DNA of 64,000 bases from a virus (lineage: Duplodnaviria; Caudoviricetes), in IMG/VR virus record IMGVR_UViG_3300012933_000171, positions 1 to 64,000 of that record; one strand, 5' to 3'. A program made the position numbers and the translations under genes. The number at the start of each line of letters is the position of its first letter. Positions within the stretch are counted from its first letter, which is position 1. The notes under the pieces are model-generated. The model searched no databases. It was given only the letters and a program-made list of their open reading frames with translations, and had not been told where the DNA came from. Of this stretch, positions 57,881 through 64,000 are shown piece by piece.

Positions 57881-59059
57881 TTAGATAAACCAAGTAATGA
57901 TACTGTATCTAGTACCGTTAGTGACGGGTAATATTTCATGAGGATACATGAAGTTGCTAGGGAACAAGACTACTGAGCCTTTTTTGGTCTTTAGCTTTAG
58001 GTCTCTATTCCAAAAAGCCCATTCCCCGCCCTCATAATCATCGTTGAGTGCAAATGAGCAGGAAACTGCTCTAGGCTGTGCTTTGTAGCTATCAGTGTGT
58101 TGTTTGTAGAACTGTCCAGTTTGATACCTAAGCAACTCGTAACCGGAATCAGACTCAATTCTTGCTTCAGGGAACTTCTCGTTGTAGCGTTTAATCGCTT
58201 CAGCGGCACCCTTAAACAATTCATTGTCTAATAGACGCCTTGTATAATTACTACCTATCACTTCGTTTCGTGAGATAGGAATAGCATCAACATTTCGGAT
58301 ATCTCTATCAAGTATACCCTCACCTACATAGGTGGGAATCCATTCACCATCGGGAGCATACTCTTTCAGGATAGCATCACATAACTCATCAGGGATGACA
58401 TTATCAAACACTTGAATGTAATCTTGTAATGTCTTTGCGTATGCTGTGGGTTTTTCTTGGATAGTCTCTATGTCAGATATCACAGGTGTATTGTCCATAA
58501 ACAACTTTGGTTCTTCGGGTTTAAATCTATCTCTATCAAAGAATGCCCAGTTGTTATCTCCTCTGCTCCTTACATAGTGCAAAAAGACCTGAACATATTC
58601 CTCACCTTCAAATCTATCTCGCCAGTGGTCGGCGATGTTGCCTCGATACATCATTGCATCACCTGAAGCTAAATCTAGTTGAACTTCCTCACCGTTAGGC
58701 TTTTGAATATAGATTGGCCAGTCATTGTCACTACGAAGATGAAGGGTAAGACTAATCTCACATGCTTCTCTGTCACGGTGTCGCTCTAGTGTTGCACCTT
58801 TTTTATATACTCTTGCGTAAGTGTAAGTAGGCAATACAGTCTCACCCAAGAACCTACTGACTTCAGGAGTTTTTTCACATAGTAATTCTAGAAAATCAAT
58901 GTAGTTATAAACTGAGTGTGATTCTGGAATCTGACTATCACCATCTAAGTCATTTTCTGCACAACACTTGATGAACTTTTTAGCTAACTCATTAGCACGT
59001 TCTGTGCTAATGAAATTGGGGATATGGATGTAATTATTTTCTTTAATAATTTCATTCAT
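57881..59059 (-). CDS. Tandem (two-domain) 2OG-Fe(II) oxygenase, prolyl-hydroxylase-like
   Basis: Domain 1: HRDR...HWR...QVFLHYV. Domain 2: HTD...YEGGE...FPSNFMYPHEI.PV..GTRYSI.TW. Confidence 0.85.
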   Translation of the reverse strand: MNEIIKENNYIHIPNFISTERANELAKKFIKCCAENDLDGDSQIPESHSVYNYIDFLELLCEKTPEVSRFLGETVLPTYTYARVYKKGATLERHRDREACEISLTLHLRSDNDWPIYIQKPNGEEVQLDLASGDAMMYRGNIADHWRDRFEGEEYVQVFLHYVRSRGDNNWAFFDRDRFKPEEPKLFMDNTPVISDIETIQEKPTAYAKTLQDYIQVFDNVIPDELCDAILKEYAPDGEWIPTYVGEGILDRDIRNVDAIPISRNEVIGSNYTRRLLDNELFKGAAEAIKRYNEKFPEARIESDSGYELLRYQTGQFYKQHTDSYKAQPRAVSCSFALNDDYEGGEWAFWNRDLKLKTKKGSVVLFPSNFMYPHEILPVTNGTRYSIITWFI

Positions 59060-59402
59060 TCGATTCATCCTTGGGCGTAACGTCTTTGACTTCCTCGATT
59101 TGAGTTAACTTGCGTTCCAGTGCTTTGGTATCATTTGTCGCTACTGCAAGAAATAATTCTTGAGATGCTTGCGTTGACTTAACCATTTCATTTCTGAAAC
59201 TTTCAACTGCTGCACCTGTTTGACGTTGCATCCCTGAGTTCTCGATTAGCAACATTGGAAGATATGAAACAGTGCAGTTCCAATCATCAATTTGTTTTCC
59301 TGTGTTGATATCGTATCCTGCAATCTTTACGAACCAAGCACAGTCTAGTCCGATGCATTCTTTTTTAAGTAGTGGGCAAAGATTCTTTCTCTTTAGTTCC
59401 AT
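59052..59402 (-). CDS. Cys-containing hypothetical protein of tail-fibre modules
   Basis: CPLLKKECIGLDCAWF...W.C...LP.LLIENS..QRQTGAAVESFRNEMVK. Confidence 0.7.
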   Translation of the reverse strand: MELKRKNLCPLLKKECIGLDCAWFVKIAGYDINTGKQIDDWNCTVSYLPMLLIENSGMQRQTGAAVESFRNEMVKSTQASQELFLAVATNDTKALERKLTQIEEVKDVTPKDESNE

Positions 59403-59454
59403 ATAAACCTCTCTATTCAGTTATTTACTGAGTACGAGGCTTGCCCATATAATT

Positions 59455-59712
59455 TTAGACGTTGGGGTCAGCTTGGTATGCTTCTTCCCATTTTGCAATG
59501 CACTTGATTGCCCACTCGGGAAGTTCAGATATATCCTCATTAGATACAAATGGACTTCGATATTCAATGTGCCCTGCATTGTTTAACCATTGCAGTGCGT
59601 GAACGTCTTCGGGAATGCCGCACTGTGAAAAATCTAACGGCAAGTAAGTGTCTAAGTCTAAGTATACTGCCCCATCGTCAACGATGATGCTAACTCTGTT
59701 ACTTTCTATCAT
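59455..59712 (-). CDS. Putative tail-fibre assembly-like small protein
   Basis: IP.DVHALQW....GHIEY motif, downstream of the collar proteins. Confidence 0.5.
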   Translation of the reverse strand: MIESNRVSIIVDDGAVYLDLDTYLPLDFSQCGIPEDVHALQWLNNAGHIEYRSPFVSNEDISELPEWAIKCIAKWEEAYQADPNV

Positions 59713-59713
59713 A

Positions 59714-60190
59714 TTATTCCTTAGATGCTAGAATGAAATCTATGTATTTTACAGCGAAGCCGGTGGGATTACCTACTACTGTCCCTGATCCTACTTGAAT
59801 TCCGTGACTGTGTACCCCGGTGCCAGTGCTCACCCCGGACGTTGTTATACCCATTCCAGTAACTAAATATTGTCCTGCTAGTGGGTTCGCTGGGTATGAA
59901 ATCATAATAGCGCCGTTAAACCTAACAGTTGTGTAACTATAAGTGTGTTGGTGCGCCGGTAAATCTGCCACTGCAGGCGCAACTGAACCATTAACGTCTG
60001 TTATAGTTCCATCCCATGTAGAATCAACTAATGCGGTAGTAGCAGGGTTTAGTCCGCGAAGTGTCCCGCCGGTAATCCCCGAAGTGACACATAATGTGTA
60101 ATCATCTTGGCTAGCTGTATCTTTAACCCATCCAGTCGGGGCTATAGTTTGATTGAAAAATGTCTTAGTGGTTCTGACAAACGCTCCCAT
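59714..60190 (-). CDS. Tail-collar/short-fibre-like protein, paralog C
   Basis: FFNQTIAPTGWVK...HQH...HSH...FAVKYIDFILASK. Confidence 0.65.
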   Translation of the reverse strand: MGAFVRTTKTFFNQTIAPTGWVKDTASQDDYTLCVTSGITGGTLRGLNPATTALVDSTWDGTITDVNGSVAPAVADLPAHQHTYSYTTVRFNGAIMISYPANPLAGQYLVTGMGITTSGVSTGTGVHSHGIQVGSGTVVGNPTGFAVKYIDFILASKE

Positions 60191-60191
60191 A

Positions 60192-60704
60192 TTAATTCCT
60201 TTGACCTAATATTACATCAACATAGTTGATAGCAAAGTCTCTAGTTGCTCCGGTAACCGGACCGTTTAATGATGCGGGTGTTGAGATAGAGTGAGTATGA
60301 CCCTGTCCGCCACCTGCCGGGTTAGTACTTGCACCAGTTGGTCCAAACGTTGGTCCAGGCCAAGTATAAAGACTCTGTGTTGGCGCAGGCAACGTGGGCG
60401 GCTTCGAATAAGTAGGTCCAGCCGCCCTAGATGCAGGTCCTGATGAGAGTCTTGCACTAGAATTATGTGAATGCCCAGCGGCACTAGAAATTGAATTATC
60501 AGATGCTATTGTAAGACTTCTAGTTCCTGATGCAGTTTTACTAACAAATGCAGAACTAAAGGGAGTTGAACCACCTGAACCAACTGTACCTGTCGTTACA
60601 CGAAGGATGCAGTCGTCAACACCTGAAGTTATTTGAGTCCAACCTACAGGCACAGTCGCCATAAAAAATTTTGTAATTGATGTACTTGGTATAGATGGTT
60701 GCAT
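60192..60704 (-). CDS. Tail-collar/short-fibre-like protein, paralog B
   Basis: FFMATVPVGWT...LRV..G..GSGG...HSH...HTH...FAINYVDVI. Confidence 0.65.
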   Translation of the reverse strand: MQPSIPSTSITKFFMATVPVGWTQITSGVDDCILRVTTGTVGSGGSTPFSSAFVSKTASGTRSLTIASDNSISSAAGHSHNSSARLSSGPASRAAGPTYSKPPTLPAPTQSLYTWPGPTFGPTGASTNPAGGGQGHTHSISTPASLNGPVTGATRDFAINYVDVILGQRN

Positions 60705-60705
60705 A

Positions 60706-61269
60706 TTAATGATACTTTGCTATGAGTACGTCTTTGTATTTGATGTTGAAATTGAACGGACTGCTGTATGTGATTGAAGTAACTGATCCTGAAGTATGAG
60801 CATGTCCACCGCCAGAACCCGCCATGCCACCGGCTGCTGCCGGATAGGCATTAACTGGGTTCACGATTCCAGTGAACGGGGAACCAGGGCCCGAACCAGG
60901 CCATCCCGTTGTGTAACCTGATAAACTCGCTCCACCGCTTGCACCCGATGAATGAGAATGGGTTCCCATTTGCGCCACACTGAGAGTTGCGGTTTGCGCC
61001 GTTACAGGCCAATCACCGCTCTCAGGTGAATATAATTCTGAACTTGTACTCATTACTGTAGAAAACGGTTGATTAGACGAAGTAGCAACACCACCGGTGC
61101 CACTTACTACTCTTAAAGCGTAATCATTATAAGTTGTGTTTTTAATCCAACCAGCAGGTGCTGCAGGCTGTGCGAAAATCATTGATGCCCCGATGTATTC
61201 GGGCTCAAGGCTTGACGCCACAATTGATGATAAGCCTACAAATCCTTGTATAGAGTTAATACGTCCCAT
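60706..61269 (-). CDS. Tail-collar/short-fibre-like protein, paralog A
   Basis: FAQPAAPAGWIK...ALRVVSG.GG...HSH...HAH...FNIKYKDVLIA. Confidence 0.65.
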   Translation of the reverse strand: MGRINSIQGFVGLSSIVASSLEPEYIGASMIFAQPAAPAGWIKNTTYNDYALRVVSGTGGVATSSNQPFSTVMSTSSELYSPESGDWPVTAQTATLSVAQMGTHSHSSGASGGASLSGYTTGWPGSGPGSPFTGIVNPVNAYPAAAGGMAGSGGGHAHTSGSVTSITYSSPFNFNIKYKDVLIAKYH

Positions 61270-61278
61270 AGTTTATAT

Positions 61279-63264
61279 TTATAGGAAAAATGATGAAGAC
61301 CCTAAAATTTGCACCCAAGCACTACCGGCTCTCAATAATGCAAACGAGAATACATCTATACCGTTTGATGTACCAGAAGGAGCACTCCCCGATGACCACT
61401 TGAGTGTTTGTGTTACCCCATCGATTTGAATTGTGCTAGGTACATAAGGAGTAGCACCTTGAACTGCGATGATAGTCACGACAATTGACCTACCGTCAGT
61501 TGTTGGCACGTTTGTAAAGTTTGCAGTCCAGTTTGCACCTGATGTTACACTACTGTGATAAAAAGATGCTCCAGTCAACAAATTGTATGTTGCACTAGTG
61601 CTTGACAATGCACCTGAAGCAACTAAAATTTCAGTAGATTGCTGTGAAGTCAACCACCCACTAAATGAAGCGTTAGTGTTTGCATTGATGTTTGCAACGT
61701 TAGCGTTACCCGACACAGAAACAGAAGTTAATATACCCACTGATGTGATGTTAGGTTGCGCCGCTGTTGAGACTGTACTAGCATAACCATCAATGCTAGA
61801 GATGCCAGTTAATGCCTGTGTGCCACTTGCACGATTTAGAGTAATACCTGTAGTACCAATATAATGTGTGCTGTTACCCAAGATACTTGATGGGATAGTA
61901 CCCGATGAAATATTACTTGCATTTAATGCAGATAGCAACGAGCCGTTACCACTGATATAAGAAGCACTTACTAAGTTACCACCTGAGATTTGCGATGCTG
62001 TACCACTCATTGTGATGTTGCCGTTGGCGGCGAATGTCAAACCAGTGAATGAAGTGCTGACTGAGGTGATGTTAGGCTGAAGTGCTGTTGTTAGCGTACC
62101 CTCTAAGTAAGTCGCCTTTGTTAGATTGCCGCCGTCTATGTTACCGGCGATGACGTTTCCAGTGAATGTACCCGCACCTACTACATCCAATTCAACAGTT
62201 GGTGCTGCTTTCTTTACACCAATTCGTCTGTTAATTAAATCGACCGTCATAGTTGGGGTACCCGAGAACCATGGTGAGAAATTGATAACATTGGCAGAAC
62301 CGTTCACACCGTTGCCTGCTTGGATGTAAGTTGAGCCACCTGACTCAACTAATCTCATTCTAGTCCCGCCTGTTGCTAAGTTACCTAAAACAACCTCACC
62401 GTTGATGTTGGCTCCTGTCAACGTACCAACACTAGTGATGTTAGGTTGAGCTGATGAAGATACAGTAGGTGCATAACCGTCGATGCTAGTAATCCCTGTC
62501 AATGATTGAGCACCACTTGCTCTGTTTAACGTAATGCCTGTAGTGCCTATGTAATGTGTACTGTTACCCAAGATACTTGATGGGATAGTTCCGGTCGCAA
62601 TGTTGCTTGCGTTTACGTTAGAAACTAAACCACCGTCAACACTAATTCGGTGAGTAGAAACAAAAGCATTTGATGTGCCGTTGTACGTGAAGTTAGCACC
62701 GGCGCCGTTAATAGTGATACCCGCGCCATCTGCCTGAATACTGGTTGTTGCGTTTTTTGCTAGAACTAGAGAGGAATCAGCTATCTCTAATACAGTTGAA
62801 TTAATTATAGTAGATGTACCACTGACAGATAAGTTACCTGTGAGATACAAGTTACCACCAACTGTGGCGTCATTTGTGACTGCTAAACTTGTTAAAGTAC
62901 CTAAACTCGTGATTTGTGGCTGACTTGCAGTTAACACGGTGCCAGTGACGCTACCCACAACAGGACCAGTGTGAGTACCAGCAGTGTTACCGGTGATGTT
63001 TGCTACTACTGTGTCGGTTGTAAGAGTTTGTGTTGATTTGTTGAATGTTAAGTTTGCACTAGCATCAAAATTGTTATTTGTATTAAACTGCACTTGGGAT
63101 GATGCCCCAGCCGCTTGTTGCAAGTCCCATGCTACCCCGTTTGCATAGAGCAAGTTGTTAGTTTTAACATTCCCTGCATCGACATTGCCCTGAACAGCAA
63201 CATTTGCCATGCTGAATGGGTCAAGGATGTTTATACTTGTGGGTTTAATTCTAGTTAGTGCCAT
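61279..63264 (-). CDS. Tail fibre protein with internal duplication
   Basis: QP.ITS(L/V)GTLT repeats, NASNI..GTIPSSILGNSTHYIGTTGITLNRASG present twice, C-terminal W..G.APS.T..GIDVFSF. Confidence 0.75.
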   Translation of the reverse strand: MALTRIKPTSINILDPFSMANVAVQGNVDAGNVKTNNLLYANGVAWDLQQAAGASSQVQFNTNNNFDASANLTFNKSTQTLTTDTVVANITGNTAGTHTGPVVGSVTGTVLTASQPQITSLGTLTSLAVTNDATVGGNLYLTGNLSVSGTSTIINSTVLEIADSSLVLAKNATTSIQADGAGITINGAGANFTYNGTSNAFVSTHRISVDGGLVSNVNASNIATGTIPSSILGNSTHYIGTTGITLNRASGAQSLTGITSIDGYAPTVSSSAQPNITSVGTLTGANINGEVVLGNLATGGTRMRLVESGGSTYIQAGNGVNGSANVINFSPWFSGTPTMTVDLINRRIGVKKAAPTVELDVVGAGTFTGNVIAGNIDGGNLTKATYLEGTLTTALQPNITSVSTSFTGLTFAANGNITMSGTASQISGGNLVSASYISGNGSLLSALNASNISSGTIPSSILGNSTHYIGTTGITLNRASGTQALTGISSIDGYASTVSTAAQPNITSVGILTSVSVSGNANVANINANTNASFSGWLTSQQSTEILVASGALSSTSATYNLLTGASFYHSSVTSGANWTANFTNVPTTDGRSIVVTIIAVQGATPYVPSTIQIDGVTQTLKWSSGSAPSGTSNGIDVFSFALLRAGSAWVQILGSSSFFL

Positions 63265-63303
63265 TGGGTTTTCCTGTAATACTTAGTATTTAGCTTTTTG
63301 GGC

Positions 63304-63332
63304 TTGACAATAAATCCAAATCCTGATATACT
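63304..63332 (+). promoter_or_regulatory. Early sigma70 promoter (leaderless transcript)
   Basis: TTGACA-17 nt-TATACT, ATG 6 nt downstream, no SD. Confidence 0.8.
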
Positions 63333-63338
63333 ACGTAC

Positions 63339-63797
63339 ATGGAAATCAAAATTGTTTCACGTTCTAATGCTCGTAAACTTACGATTGACTTAGCCACTAA
63401 GTTCTTGCGTAAGGAGCTTAAATTAGAACGTAGTACTTACGTACTAACTATCCATACTATGTCAGGATTGCGTAAGCATGAGGGGTATAATGGTGTAGTT
63501 GCCCAGACAAACGACCGTGAAATCACTATGATGCTTGACAGTCGTTTGGGTGAGGCTGACTTAATTCAATGCGTTTCACATGAAATGGTTCACGTGAAGC
63601 AAATTGCGAAAGGTCAACTTACTATTGATACCCGAAATAACCAACTTTGGTTAGGACAACGTGTCAATAAAGTTTACCATGAACGCCCCTGGGAACAGGA
63701 AGCCTTCAGCCGTGAGCGTTTGTTAGCCGCCCGAGCCCTTAACTTTTGCGAAAAAGAATTGGGCAAGATGGTTAAGAAACTATCAAAAAATGTTTGA
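63339..63797 (+). CDS. HExxH zinc-metallopeptidase-like phage protein
   Basis: SHEMVHVKQ...Y.ERPWEQEA. Confidence 0.7.
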   Translation: MEIKIVSRSNARKLTIDLATKFLRKELKLERSTYVLTIHTMSGLRKHEGYNGVVAQTNDREITMMLDSRLGEADLIQCVSHEMVHVKQIAKGQLTIDTRNNQLWLGQRVNKVYHERPWEQEAFSRERLLAARALNFCEKELGKMVKKLSKNV

Positions 63798-63822
63798 CAA
63801 ATAATCCAATCTGTCATATAAT
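63794..63822 (+). promoter_or_regulatory. Early sigma70 promoter (perfect consensus)
   Basis: TTGACA-17 nt-TATAAT. Confidence 0.85.
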
Positions 63823-63866
63823 ACAAGTTCTTTCAGTAAATCAACGTCATTAACAGGAGTTAATAA

Positions 63867-64000
63867 ATGGCAAAAACTAGTTCTAGTGCAGTGAGCGACA
63901 ATCACACAATCACAGCTATTCAAGCTACCAAGTCTTTGAAGCAAGCTATGAAAGCAAAACGTCCCGTATTCTTGTGGGGCCCTCCCGGTATCGGTAAGTC
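63867..64000 (+). CDS. AAA+/MoxR-like ATPase, 5' fragment (not in ORF track)
   Basis: AGGAG RBS. MAKTSSSAVSDNHT...KRPVFLWGPPGIGK (Walker A) runs off the window end. Confidence 0.8.
   Translation, partial: MAKTSSSAVSDNHTITAIQATKSLKQAMKAKRPVFLWGPPGIGK

Noticed and set aside
1-64000. Genome-wide TAG-to-Gln recoding (code 15)
   Set aside because: Very long ORFs are intact under code 11, and only one in-frame TAG was found.

Overview
64 kb of an AT-rich jumbo myophage genome. The host is probably a betaproteobacterium, inferred from the tmRNA tag and AhpC/AhpD. Left to right: (1) a + strand baseplate/tail module (hub-like protein, gp5-like spike, gp25, gp6, a 5283-aa wedge/fibre protein and smaller virion proteins, 1-28.6 kb); (2) a ~15 kb glycan cluster (glycosyltransferase-like genes, radical SAM, RmlC, three NDP-sugar epimerase/reductases, a split ThDP enzyme, carbamoyltransferase, 28.6-43.9 kb); (3) a translation/stress island (43.9-49.2 kb); (4) a - strand tail-fibre module with a duplicated (large, large, small) paralog array, three collar-type proteins and a tandem 2OG-Fe(II) oxygenase (49.2-63.3 kb); (5) the start of an early, sigma70-driven region. 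The most striking signals are in the island. There is a circularly permuted two-piece tmRNA gene with a tRNA-like element in its intervening segment. There is also a CUA-anticodon (amber-suppressor-like) tRNA hidden inside a CDS, ~380 nt upstream of a late gene whose strong-RBS reading frame has an in-frame TAG at codon 5, while no credible gene in the window ends in TAG. All product calls come from reading motifs by eye; no searches were run.
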